Below are positions 48,801 to 56,952 of a DNA stretch of 64,000 nucleotides, in pieces (positions within the stretch are counted from its first letter, which is position 1; every line of letters begins with the position of its first letter). The notes below the pieces were generated by a model. That model made no database searches. It worked only from the letters and a program-made list of their open reading frames with translations, and was not told the origin of the DNA. Source of the stretch: an uncultured Actinomyces sp. (GTDB taxonomy: Bacteria > Actinomycetota > Actinomycetes > Actinomycetales > Actinomycetaceae); the NCBI RefSeq assembly GCF_963526355.1, contig NZ_CAUROW010000008.1, positions 4,959 to 68,958 of the forward strand. Direction: 5' to 3'. Both the position numbers and the translations under genes were made by a program.

Positions 48801-49978
48801 CACTGCTTCCCGGCCTCACGAAGCATCTTCTCCTGGTACGGACGTCCCCCCGCAAGTACAACCGCTGATGCTGAACTATCGCGAACCAGCTCAAGATGCT
48901 TGCGGATCAGCTTCTCGTCGATGAATCCTAGAAGTCCCACAGCCCAGCTGCGCCCCTCGAGCATCGTTTCGGCGTCAGACATCAGTGCTCGTGCTGTCTC
49001 TGGGCTGGATGCAGCGAGCGCGAGTGCGCCCAAGGCTCCGGCGTCGCAGACTTCCCTGACGAACTCAGGGACATCGCTCACGCGGGTCATCGGTCCTTGT
49101 ATAAAGGGCAGCCTCGTGTGCTGAGCCCGACCAGCCCGACCCTCCGTAATATTGAGTCGATTCACTGTTTCCCATGTCTGCGGGAAATCCTGAACACGTG
49201 TGATGAGGTCCTTGATCGCCTCTGAGATGGACTTGTAGTGACGCTCGAATAGGGCGGCCGTGAGCGCATCATCGCCGATGCGGCGCTCGGACTGCGGAAC
49301 CGTGCGGTACAAGCCTTTGGCAGTGGGCAGCATCTGCTCGCCGCCCTGCCTGACCGGTCGTGGAAGCGATGGAGCGCTTAGGAGACGACGTAGTGCTGCC
49401 GAGGTGTCTGCCTCCGGCATCAGTGCAAACTGAACGTCAAGCACCACTCCGGCAGCCCCGGCTGCCATAAGGCCTCTGATCGTGTGACGTCCCACGCCTC
49501 CGCGTACCCATACCTGTGCGTCGCTGTGGCGGGCGAGAATTTGACGAAGTATGACCGGCGAGGAGGATTCTCCGGTGCGTCCTCCTCCCTCCCGCCCTCG
49601 GATCAGCACTCCATCGACGCCGTGCTCGATCCACTGGAAGGCCTCGTCGCAGGACAATGCCTCGCCCATGATGAAATCCGCGTCTTCGATTAGTTTGATC
49701 GCCTCTGGATCCTCTAGGCATTCAGACCCGAGAATCACTGCGTTCGGGGTGTTATCGCGAATGACATCGGCTACTAGTTCCCAGGGAAGTTTTGGGGACC
49801 GTTCAAATCGTAGCCCGACCGGTCCTGCGGCTGAGCGGAGGAACCGTTCTATGGGCAATGTGCTGGTTGCCTCGGATCCGTCAATGACGCTGAGCGCTCC
49901 GGCGGCGCTGGCGCGGCGAAGGAGACTATAATTCATAGATCCGAATGGACTAAGGACTATGATGGGCGATATACTCAT
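42863..49978 (-). CDS. PUFA-synthase-like iterative type I PKS subunit: FabK/NPD-like ER-KS-AT-ACP-KR
   Basis: [61 protein letters not shown]; one ACP DLGIDSIKRLEI; KR GGGRGIT, YAAGN, WGPW; AGGAG RBS. Confidence 0.93.
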   Translation of the reverse strand: MSISPIIVLSPFGSMNYSLLRRASAAGALSVIDGSEATSTLPIERFLRSAAGPVGLRFERSPKLPWELVADVIRDNTPNAVILGSECLEDPEAIKLIEDADFIMGEALSCDEAFQWIEHGVDGVLIRGREGGGRTGESSSPVILRQILARHSDAQVWVRGGVGRHTIRGLMAAGAAGVVLDVQFALMPEADTSAALRRLLSAPSLPRPVRQGGEQMLPTAKGLYRTVPQSERRIGDDALTAALFERHYKSISEAIKDLITRVQDFPQTWETVNRLNITEGRAGRAQHTRLPFIQGPMTRVSDVPEFVREVCDAGALGALALAASSPETARALMSDAETMLEGRSWAVGLLGFIDEKLIRKHLELVRDSSASAVVLAGGRPYQEKMLREAGKQCFIHVPSPGLLRTFIAEGARCFIFEGAECGGHIGPLHSLPLWEQQISVLLEVVDEGDLRPDELVLAMAGGIYDSYTAAMALLTAADLIKEGAAVSLLMGTAYSLTTEALRTGAVTQDFCDVVISTKGTARLETAPGHVTRCVPTPLIEEIAEVRQSMSRAGEPDQNIWIALEKMTLGRLRIATKGVDREGNELRSIPIHERHTSGLYMTGEASQLINSVSDIDTLHTQILEGLEQVRQKVSCTTRYTENQPHTPWGEGIAIIGVSGLFPGGKGVNGFWRNILDRVDLVTEVPTDRWNPEVFLDNGNRNIPHTDSTRGAFLPATPFDPVSYGIPPRALASIEPVQLLSLEAANNALIDAGLTPGSVDAITSIIFGAESGSDLSAGIALRTGLPMYTGSLPDELDAALPPLTTDSFPGMLANVVSGRIANRLDVSGSNFVVDAACASSLSALKAACQELLLGDCDIAVAGGADTHNGIGDYVMFSSVGALSKKGTSRPFDKDADGIVLGEAVACVVLKRVADAVRDGDRIYATIRGIGSSSDGRATGLTAPRLEGQYLALQRAYAAAQVAPASVDLIEAHGTGTVVGDRTELQALTNFMTDNGMEKGSCVIGSLKSQFGHTKCAAGMLGIVKAALSINQGVLPPMAGLAHPSAVWRPDSSPFVFRDTPAPWAANLESRVAGVSAFGFGGTNYHCVLTGQHATTRPLHDPRQPVLVALRGKTVADARETATQARRTLECDGDVEDVLETLSQHYSSTSEPVQFAFAFRTTNELLQLLEAVAGDANHPALQRRSQNSSEQSCLAVLFSGQGGQKVGMAQDIILRRPDLSWLVRDQKELLDNCFPPQRFTVEEKTQDEHDLTRTDRAQRLLAMAQMAGWMAFSELGADVSMLAGHSFGEIVALAAGGSMTSRTLYGLAKIRGEAMKNTGDGGAMTAIRAGADEVSSLLSKNNCTAISIANINSASQVVVGGPVEQIEAFERIAVDAQLNSRRLAVSAAFHTKQMEPSSSELAQRVADMNITHPTTSVYRNRVGAPYDRDVDIIEELASQLRSPVNFEQMVRNMMEDGANVFVEIGPGRILSGLVESITGSECINLDLTSQSDTLPNLAARLLVRGVSLNEGWIRRAMLPSSTLAPEYHGIVIDGKGVDTRGCVIDGVTRPSHPQVNHVAPLEDSTAPSHQTALHDAEAQPAQNHAKQRSSITSEAAALRTDALIGHPIALDLKFANDRIQHEMNIRTAHDSAALALDDTQPQQPEGTEDMKTIADVVFEYLDASTKIADRQAQVVHALISGGVAPQDDVTPTQKESRTLPEIDSSWVFESSQLVPEPAVTTTGRSQVTPVTEPTSDKTPGTSPILSAETDWNTPDEPPSSSQEDMIDTKSTPSDEEESTQDDTTDTDIHSVVLNVIGERTGYPASMIEDELDLESDLGIDSIKRLEIAGDLIRECGLDTETIDEVDLEGLSKSRTVASMTEWLEARSTKTATPPSDEIGASDTTTESGVVEAQPFRFELRPTSAATVPHQNDGSTVYLIRSDDSDESGALAEALGAKPFELSDVNFSHGCVVIDFADNRDRERELPDYFDKLKQLAEAPEPSCLLVVRRVKADNVDLTPERSADGMRGLMRTLALELTDTLVGYVEIDLPDEDDATCVRRALECDCTVTPVHIVTENEVSLFHLAPAPLDSLATTGAGSSDGRAEALSAAGLNPGATLVFFGGGRGITSVVAQRMGLTCPGFIYVCGSSPIPRDKEPEGLHLSTSLIDLRQALLREGMSDLSQIEVEARRVLAEREIRQTLEGLKESGSTAEYRTVDVRNADQVASFLESVARERGRIDGVVFGSGINRDQLLSRTSRAQFDHVYRTKQDGIDNVLSGLDSCGVLPEFVVAFGSIAAVRGSRGQIGYAAGNDGMQTTLTRWGRLRGVRALTVNWGPWAPQGIHSGMVSTELQRTFLANGRSLIHPASGADALIQELAWGSRSINSVTYLPEGWS

Positions 49979-51074
49979 TGTATCTCCTGTAAGGTTGAAT
50001 TGACGGTGGGCTATGAGGCCAGGGATATTGCGCCACTGTTTAACGTGTCTAGCGCTCCACGGGAGAAGGCGGGATCTGCTGTGCGGAGACAGCAGTGACT
50101 GGTTGGTGAGCTGTTGCCGGTTTGGCGTTTGAACTTTTGTTCAGCTGTTTTCTAAGGCTCGAGGTTCGCGATGGAAGTCGTATCTGAATCCCGCTTGGTT
50201 GCCGGGTGGTGGCGACGAGAAGCTTCTATGCTTTTGAAATCTGTCGGGAAACCGTGTCTGGTTTAGGTGGGGAAACCTAGGATGGGACTTTGCCTCTCAT
50301 TGAAGTATGTGAACTTGAAGGTGCCGCTCGGCATCATCCTGATGCTGTGGGTTGTGTTGCGTTGTCTTGTCGTGGGCGTGGTATGCCTTCAGCCTCCTCG
50401 AACGGAGTGCTGGCGGCTCGGAATTGGCGGAGATTCGGGGGCTTCCGTGAGTGGATTTGGCGGTATTCCACTCTGCTCTACCTCGTTACGGTGCGTGATG
50501 AATTAAGGGGGTGAGTGATCGATTGTTCTTTCTTAGCTGGGTTGCTGGTTTTCCGGTCGTCCGTAAAAGTTGTGAGTAGAGTTCAGTAGTGTTTTCGTGC
50601 AATTTAGAGTCGCTGTCGACTCTGTAGGTTCAAGTGGATGAATGCTCCACTGAAGTAGGTTCAGAGTTCGCTAATGTGCGAAAACTCTCCATTCTCGGGG
50701 CGATGGGATGTTGGGGGAAAATGAACTTTGCGTAGAAATCATATGCACGCCATGACCGTGTCGTCAAGCGGTCGAGGGGTTTTGTCGAATTTTCTCGAAG
50801 GGGTTGAGAACTGTTGTGTATTTAAGGAAATGGCTGTTCGGTGTCGTTGGTCCGCCCCAGAATTCGTAAGTTGTTCTGATGGAAGGTGTCCGATTGAGGG
50901 AGAGAATTGCATGCGTTGGGTTGCTGGATATGACTACGGCGGTGAGGTGCCGGGTGCATCTACCGGCGGGTGCTCCCACGGTGTCGACGACATATGTGCA
51001 GTCGCGTGGGGCTCTTCACCTGACTTCGGTGCCTGCTCGTTGGGTCGTATGCGGTAGCGCTCGACATAAGCGAA

Positions 51075-51120
51075 GGCCGGGGCGGTGACCTGTCCGGTGT
51101 GCCGGTCACACGCCCCGGCC
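51075..51120 (-). terminator. Hairpin downstream of maltokinase at the right edge of the insert
   Basis: GGCCGGGGCG-GTGACC...GGTCAC-A-CGCCCCGGCC. Confidence 0.65.
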
Positions 51121-51173
51121 GCGGAGGATCTTGAGGATCCACTATGAGAAGCAGCCGGCGTTGGTGGGCGCCT

Positions 51174-52775
51174 TTACCCGGCGTCGGGTGCGGTTGGCTG
51201 TAGGGATTCGATCCCGGCCACGGGGATGCCCAGCCAGTCAGGACGGTTACGGGCCTCGTAGACGGCCTCATACAGGGCCTTATCGAGCTCCAGACAGGTC
51301 AGCACGGTCTGGCGCGAGTCCTCCGCCTGCGCGGTGGCCTGCGGTGAGGACTGCGAGGTGCTCTCGGGCGCGATCTCCTCCCGGTAGCCCTCCTCGAAGG
51401 CGGTGCGCACGGCGGGAAGCCAGTCGGGGTGGGAGGCCTTGCCGACGGCAGCGGCGTAGTCGAAGGAGCGCAGCATCCCGGCCACGTCCCGGGCCGGAAG
51501 ATCGGGGTCGGATCGCTCGGCCAGGGGGCGCAGGGGCTCGCCCTCGAAGTCCAGGACGTACCAGCGCTGCTGGCCGTCGATCTCGTGAAGCACCTGCCCC
51601 AGGTGGTAGTCCCCGTGGATACGGGTGGTCGGTTCCAGGGCGGGGAGCTCCTCGAGACGTGCCAAGGCCTGCTCCACCTTGAGCTCCAGGGCGCGGATGT
51701 GGCCGGAGAGCTCGGGCACCTCCTCCAGCGCCCACCGGGCGCGCTTGCGCAGGGCGGCCGCGAGCTCGGCAGGTGAGGGCGGCCGGCTCGTGCCCAGGGA
51801 GGCGGCCAGGTGGTGGTGCATCTGCGCGGTCGTGCGTCCCAGATCCCGGGCCAGCTCCACGGCGCGGGCCCGCACCGGTCCGTCGACGTCGTCGGTGGAG
51901 GCCAGTGAGCAGAACAGCTCGAAGCCGTCGTCGGCGCGGGGGACGAAGCTGCAGGCCACGGCCGAGTCGGTGGACTCCTCCAGGGCGGGCTGGCCGCAGC
52001 CGCCCATGCGCGTCCAGGTCATGGTGGACCAGGCCACCGGCGTTGGCACCCGGTCCCAGCCGCTGCGGGCCAGGGCCACCGACAGCTCCACGTCGGGATT
52101 GCGCCCGTGCTCCAGGACCCGCAGGAGCTTGACGATGAGGTCACCGGTGGCGGCGTCCTGCTCCCCAAGAGCCTCGGCGGGGTCGGAAGGGGCCGGCAGG
52201 ATGACGGAGGTGTTGGACTGCTCCCCGGTGGTCACCCGCAGCCTCGGCGCCCGCTGGGCGATGGCCAGGGCTCCGGCCTCGCTCAGGACGGTGCCCGCCT
52301 TCAGCGTGCTCAGGGCCCAGGCCCGCCAGAAGGCCGGGTGGTGGGCGCCGTCGACGAGCGCCACCTGCGTGGGTGACCCCTGAGAGCCGGTGGTCACCAG
52401 CAGGCCGTGGTTGCCGGGTGCCTCACCGGGGGTGGCGAAGGAGTCGAGCGCCTCGGCGGCCTCCAGGACCACCGGTACGTGCAGCAGCACCATCCCGTCG
52501 CGGTGACCGGTCTCGGCCTGGTTGCCCCGTAGGGCGGCGATGACGAGGTCTCGCACCCCCTCCTCCGGCTCCCAGGTTGCGATCACGCGCAGGGAGCCCA
52601 GGGGCGGTGCGGCGTCCCCCTTGAGCGGGAACCAGCGCCGTTGGAGCATCCACGGTCCCAGCGCAGCGAGGATCTCGGCATTGGTGGGCCAGGTCGACGG
52701 GGCCTGGGCGCTGCGCAGGGAGTGTGCCGGCACGGTGGCGGGCTGCGGTGCGGCGGAGATCGGCTCGTTTGGCAT
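51174..52775 (-). CDS. mak: Maltokinase (Mak/Pep2)
   Basis: QRRWF, GEQSNTS, RIHGDYHLGQVL, DFEGEP, DVAGMLRSFDY, KALYEAVYEARNRPDW; TGATG coupling to treS. Confidence 0.92.
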   Translation of the reverse strand: MPNEPISAAPQPATVPAHSLRSAQAPSTWPTNAEILAALGPWMLQRRWFPLKGDAAPPLGSLRVIATWEPEEGVRDLVIAALRGNQAETGHRDGMVLLHVPVVLEAAEALDSFATPGEAPGNHGLLVTTGSQGSPTQVALVDGAHHPAFWRAWALSTLKAGTVLSEAGALAIAQRAPRLRVTTGEQSNTSVILPAPSDPAEALGEQDAATGDLIVKLLRVLEHGRNPDVELSVALARSGWDRVPTPVAWSTMTWTRMGGCGQPALEESTDSAVACSFVPRADDGFELFCSLASTDDVDGPVRARAVELARDLGRTTAQMHHHLAASLGTSRPPSPAELAAALRKRARWALEEVPELSGHIRALELKVEQALARLEELPALEPTTRIHGDYHLGQVLHEIDGQQRWYVLDFEGEPLRPLAERSDPDLPARDVAGMLRSFDYAAAVGKASHPDWLPAVRTAFEEGYREEIAPESTSQSSPQATAQAEDSRQTVLTCLELDKALYEAVYEARNRPDWLGIPVAGIESLQPTAPDAG

Positions 52776-54709
52776 CAGACTTCCTCGGTCGGGTGGTTGT
52801 CGTGGTCGCCCTGGGGGGCGTCGTCGGGCTCAGTCCGGTCAACGGACAGCCAGTAGTATCCGCGCGCTCCCAGCGTCAGGGTGAGGCGGCCGCGCTCGTC
52901 AACGGGCGGGAAGGCGCAGCCCCCGAACAGATCCGTGGTGCCCCTGCCCGCCAGCTCAGGAACCTCGATCGTCACCGACCGGGGGGTGGCCGAGAGGTTG
53001 GAGACGCACAGAAGGGTCTCTGCCCCCTCCACCGGCGCCTCGTCGCAGCGCGTGTGCGCCAGGACGGCGTCATCGCTGGTGGGGCGCAGGAGGAAGCTCC
53101 CGCGTCCCAGGACGGGATGGGCGCGGCGCAGGTGCAGGATCCGCCGGGTGAACTGCAGCAGCGAGTCGGGCCGGGCCATCTCAGTGGCCACCGTCAGGTG
53201 CGCGTAGCCGGGGGCCTGGATGAGCGGAAGCGTCAGCGCACCGGGGTCGACGACGGTGGAGAAGCCCATGTTGGGGGAGTCGTCCCACTGCATGGGAGTG
53301 CGCACGGCGTCACGGTCCTCCAGCCAGATGTTCTCGCCCATGCCGATCTCGTCGCCGTAGTAGAGGCAGGGACTGCCCGGCAGGGACAGGAGCAGGGCGT
53401 AGGCCAGCTCGACCTCGGAGCGCGAGGCGTCCAGGAGCGGGGCCAGGCGCCGCCGGATCCCGATGTTGGCGCGCATGCGCTCCTCGGGGGCGTACCAGGC
53501 ATACATCTGGTCGCGCTCTGCGTCGGTGACCATCTCCAGGGTCAGCTCGTCGTGGTTGCGCAGGAAGGTCCCCCACTGCCCGTGGGCGGGAATGTCGGGG
53601 GTCTTCTCCAGCACCCAGCGGATGGCCTCGGCCGAGCCCTGGCGCAGCGCGTAGAAGATGCGTGGCATGACCGGGAAGTGGAAGCACATGGTGCACTCGG
53701 GCGCCTCCTCGGTGCCGAAGTACTCCACGACGTCGTCGGGCCACTGGTTGGCCTCGGCGAGCGTGATCGTCCCGGGGAACTCCCGATCGAGCATCTCGCG
53801 GATGCCGGCAATGATCTCGTGGGTGCCTGGCAGGTTCTCGCAGTTGGTGCCCTCAGACTCGGTCAGATAGGGAATGGCGTCAAGGCGGAAGCCGTCCACC
53901 CCGGTGCGCGCCCAGAAGCGGATGACGTCGTGGATCGCCTCGATGACCGCCGGATTGCGGTAGTTGAGGTCGGGCTGGTGGGAGAAGAAGCGGTGCCAGT
54001 AGAACTGGCCTCGCTCGACGTCGTAGGCCCAGTTCGACTCCTCGGTGTCCACGAAGATGATGCGGGCGTCGTCGTAGCCGGAGTCGTCGTCGGCCCACAC
54101 GTAGAAGTCCCCGTAGGGGCCCTCCGGGTCCGAGCGGGAGGCCTGGAACCAGGGGTGGGCGTCGGAGGTGTGGTTGACGACCATGTCGATGACGATGCGG
54201 ATCCCGCGCTGATGGGCCTGGTGGACCAGCTCGCGGAAGTCCTCCATCGTCCCGTAGCGCGGGTCGATGGCCGTGTAGTCGGAGATGTCGTAGCCGCCGT
54301 CACGGATGGGCGAGGGGTAGAAGGGCGGGATCCACACGCAGTCCACGCCCAGCCACGCCAGGTAGTCCAGGCGGGAGATGAGCCCGCGCAGGTCCCCGAT
54401 GCCGTCGCCGTCGGAGTCGGCGAAGGAGCGCAGCAGCGCCTCGTAGAAGACGGCCGTGCGGAACCACTCGGGGTCCGCGCTGATACCGGGGCGGGCCTGG
54501 GCGGGCAGGACCGGTACGCCGGGGATCTGCGGTGCCACCGTCATCGGCATGGGGATCCCGCCGCTGGGGGTGGGGAGCGCCGACATCGGCGCCGGGACGG
54601 GGGGCGACGTCGGTGCCGCCTGGCCGAAGGGCATGGCCTGACCAATCTGGCCAACCGGCACCTCACCGCTGGCCGGCGTCGGCGCGATACTCATCGGACC
54701 TGCGCTCAC
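52775..54709 (-). CDS. treS: Trehalose synthase (maltose alpha-D-glucosyltransferase) with Pro-rich N-terminal extension
   Basis: WFRTAVFYE, DGGYDI, FFSHQPDLN, GFRLDAIPYL, NCENLP, LAEANQWP, FLRNHDELTLEMVT; GTG overlaps the glgE stop (GTGA). Confidence 0.96.
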   Translation of the reverse strand: MSAGPMSIAPTPASGEVPVGQIGQAMPFGQAAPTSPPVPAPMSALPTPSGGIPMPMTVAPQIPGVPVLPAQARPGISADPEWFRTAVFYEALLRSFADSDGDGIGDLRGLISRLDYLAWLGVDCVWIPPFYPSPIRDGGYDISDYTAIDPRYGTMEDFRELVHQAHQRGIRIVIDMVVNHTSDAHPWFQASRSDPEGPYGDFYVWADDDSGYDDARIIFVDTEESNWAYDVERGQFYWHRFFSHQPDLNYRNPAVIEAIHDVIRFWARTGVDGFRLDAIPYLTESEGTNCENLPGTHEIIAGIREMLDREFPGTITLAEANQWPDDVVEYFGTEEAPECTMCFHFPVMPRIFYALRQGSAEAIRWVLEKTPDIPAHGQWGTFLRNHDELTLEMVTDAERDQMYAWYAPEERMRANIGIRRRLAPLLDASRSEVELAYALLLSLPGSPCLYYGDEIGMGENIWLEDRDAVRTPMQWDDSPNMGFSTVVDPGALTLPLIQAPGYAHLTVATEMARPDSLLQFTRRILHLRRAHPVLGRGSFLLRPTSDDAVLAHTRCDEAPVEGAETLLCVSNLSATPRSVTIEVPELAGRGTTDLFGGCAFPPVDERGRLTLTLGARGYYWLSVDRTEPDDAPQGDHDNHPTEEV

Positions 54710-56838
54710 AGCGGTTCCACCGAGAAGACGTGGGCGACCTGTCCCGCGAAGGGATCGAGACGCACGTAGTTCTGCCCGGACCACTCGTAGGAGTCTCCGG
54801 TGAGCTCGTCGGTCACCCTGACCACCGGGCGTGAGGCGTCCACCCAGGCCGGCAAGCCCAAGGCCTCCAGGTTGAGATAGACCTCGCCGGCCCGTGCCCC
54901 GTGCGGGTCGAGGTTGACCACCGTCAGGACGACGTCGTCCCTGCCCGTGGGGCTGTGGAAGGCGTCCACCCGCTTGGAGTAGGCGATGATCTGGTCATCG
55001 CTCGTGGGGTGGAAGTAAATGTCCCGCAGCTGGCGCAGGGCGGGGTGGGATGCCCTGGCGGCGTTGAGACGGGTGAGGAGGTCCTCGATGCCGTTGCGGC
55101 GCGCGTCGGCGAAGTCACGCGGCTTGTACTCGTACTTCTCGTTGTCGATCTGCTCCTCGTAGCCGGGGCGCGGCGTGGACTCGGCCAACTCGTAGCCGGA
55201 GTAGATGCCCCAGGTCGGTGAGAGCGTGGCCGCCAGCACGGCGCGCAGCTTGAAGGCCGGCACCTTTCCGTTGGTCATGAAGGGGGTGAGGATGTCGTGC
55301 GTGGTGGGCCAGAAAGCCGGACGCAGCAGGTGTGCGGTCTCCTTGCTGAGCTCCATCATGTACTCGATGAGCTCTTCCTTGGTGTTGCGCCAGGCGAAGT
55401 AGGTGTAGGACTGGTGGAAGCCGATCATGCCCAGGGTGCGCATCATGGCGGGGCGGGTGAAGGCCTCGGCCAGGAACAGTACGTCCGGGGACTCGGTGTG
55501 GATCTCGGCGATGAGCCGCTGCCAGAAGGCCAGGGGCTTGGTGTGGGGGTTGTCCACCCGGAAGATCGTCACCCCGTGCGCGATCCAGGCGTGCACGACC
55601 CCCAGGACCGCCTGGTAGATGCCCTCGGGGTCGTTGTCGAAGTTGAGCGGGTAGATGTCCTGGTACTTCTTGGGCGGGTTCTCCGCGTAGGCGATGGAGC
55701 CGTCGGCCAGGACCGTGAACCACTCCGGGTGCTCGGTCACCCACGGGTGGTCCGGGGAGCACTGGAGGGCCAGGTCCAGGGCCACCTCCATGCCCAGCTC
55801 GCGCGAACGGGCCACCAGGGCGTCGAAGTCCTCGAAGGTGCCCAGGTCGGGGTGGATGGCGTCGTGCCCGCCGTCGGGCGAGCCGATGCCGTAGGGGGAG
55901 CCGGGGTCGCCGGGCCGGGCCGTCAGAGTGTTGTTGCGGCCCTTGCGGTTGGTCAGGCCGATCGGGGAGATGGGCGTGAGGTAGAGGACGTCGAAGCCCA
56001 TGGCCGCGATGCGGTCCAGGCGCTCGGCGGCGGTGCGCAGCGTCCCCGAGTGCCAGGTGCCGTCCTCGCTGACCCCCGAACCCAGCGAGCGCGGGAAGAT
56101 CTCGTACCAGGAGCCGATCAGGGCGCGCTCGCGGTCCACCTGGAGGGGGTACTCGGCGGTGGGGGAGATGTGGTCGCGCAGCGGCAGGCGCTCCAGGGTG
56201 GCCTTGACCGACTCGGCCAGGCCGGCCGCCAGGCGGTCTCCCACGGGGTTGGAGGGGTCGCGCATGATCCACACGGCGTCGTTGAGGGCCTTGACGCCCT
56301 CCTCGTCACGGCCTTCGATGGCCGCTGCCCGGTCCAGGACGCGGGCGCCCTCCTCAAGCATGAGCTCGACGTCGATCCCGGCCGGTACCTTGATGCCGGC
56401 GTCGTGGCTCCAAGTGGCGTACGGGTCCGACCAGCCCTCGACGCGGAAGCGCCAGTCCCCGGGGGCGTCGGGCGCCAGGGATGCCTCATAGCGGTCCAGC
56501 CCCGGGGCGATGTCGTGCATGCGGGCACTCGGGCCGTCGCTGCCGTCGGGGCGCACCAGGACCGCGGTGGCTCCGTAGCGGTCGTGCCCCTCGCGGAAGA
56601 CGGTGGCGCGGACCGGGATGACCTCCCCGACGACGGCCTTGGCCGGCCAGCGCCCGTCCTCGACGACGGGGAAGACCTCGGTGACCGGGATCCGGCCGAT
56701 CAGCGAGTGCTGGGCCGGCTGCGGACCGCTCGCCACGGTCGGTTCGGCCGCTGCGGACACGTTGCTCGGATCGGCAGTGGACTTGGAGGGACGGGTGGAC
56801 TGCTTCTTGCCGGCCTTGGGTGTCGTGTTAGGAGTCAC
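54706..56838 (-). CDS. glgE: Alpha-1,4-glucan:maltose-1-phosphate maltosyltransferase
   Basis: GRIP, VFREGHD, SWYEIFPRS, AENPPKKYQDIYP, FRVDNPHTKP, LAEAFT, TTHDIL; start at GTG 7 nt after TAGTCT (alternative 56874). Confidence 0.96.
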   Translation of the reverse strand: MTPNTTPKAGKKQSTRPSKSTADPSNVSAAAEPTVASGPQPAQHSLIGRIPVTEVFPVVEDGRWPAKAVVGEVIPVRATVFREGHDRYGATAVLVRPDGSDGPSARMHDIAPGLDRYEASLAPDAPGDWRFRVEGWSDPYATWSHDAGIKVPAGIDVELMLEEGARVLDRAAAIEGRDEEGVKALNDAVWIMRDPSNPVGDRLAAGLAESVKATLERLPLRDHISPTAEYPLQVDRERALIGSWYEIFPRSLGSGVSEDGTWHSGTLRTAAERLDRIAAMGFDVLYLTPISPIGLTNRKGRNNTLTARPGDPGSPYGIGSPDGGHDAIHPDLGTFEDFDALVARSRELGMEVALDLALQCSPDHPWVTEHPEWFTVLADGSIAYAENPPKKYQDIYPLNFDNDPEGIYQAVLGVVHAWIAHGVTIFRVDNPHTKPLAFWQRLIAEIHTESPDVLFLAEAFTRPAMMRTLGMIGFHQSYTYFAWRNTKEELIEYMMELSKETAHLLRPAFWPTTHDILTPFMTNGKVPAFKLRAVLAATLSPTWGIYSGYELAESTPRPGYEEQIDNEKYEYKPRDFADARRNGIEDLLTRLNAARASHPALRQLRDIYFHPTSDDQIIAYSKRVDAFHSPTGRDDVVLTVVNLDPHGARAGEVYLNLEALGLPAWVDASRPVVRVTDELTGDSYEWSGQNYVRLDPFAGQVAHVFSVEPL

Positions 56839-56896
56839 AGAGGCAAGACTACGGTGAGAAACGACCTGAGTCACATGCCCAGCCGTGCGGCGCCGA

Positions 56897-56929
56897 TCGG
56901 GCCGGTACGCGCGTCGCGAACCGGCCCGA
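56897..56929 (-). terminator. Hairpin downstream of trpS
   Basis: TCGGGCCGGT...ACCGGCCCGA inverted repeat. Confidence 0.55.
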
Positions 56930-56952
56930 AAGGAACTCCGGAGCCGGCAGGC

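Larger units (their letters stand above)
38500..51070. other. Lower-GC genomic insert (two-gene PKS plus ~1.1 kb upstream region) between mak and glgB
   Basis: Visible GC drop and many A/T third codon positions compared with the flanks; no integrase, transposase or flanking direct repeat seen; boundaries approximate. Confidence 0.8.

Noticed and set aside
38574..49978. Calling the PKS an EPA/DHA synthase, enediyne PKS or modular macrolide PKS
   Set aside because: Single ACP, no KS-CLF pair, N-terminal FabK-like ER, no thioesterase or enediyne cassette, no repeated modules
50267..51088. Short ORFs upstream of the PKS as a standalone ACP or precursor peptide
   Set aside because: No DSL/DSI phosphopantetheine motif, weak starts and random-looking composition
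38340..51170. IS, integrase, prophage or target-site duplication explaining the insert
   Set aside because: No transposase or integrase motifs and no matching direct repeats found by eye at the edges
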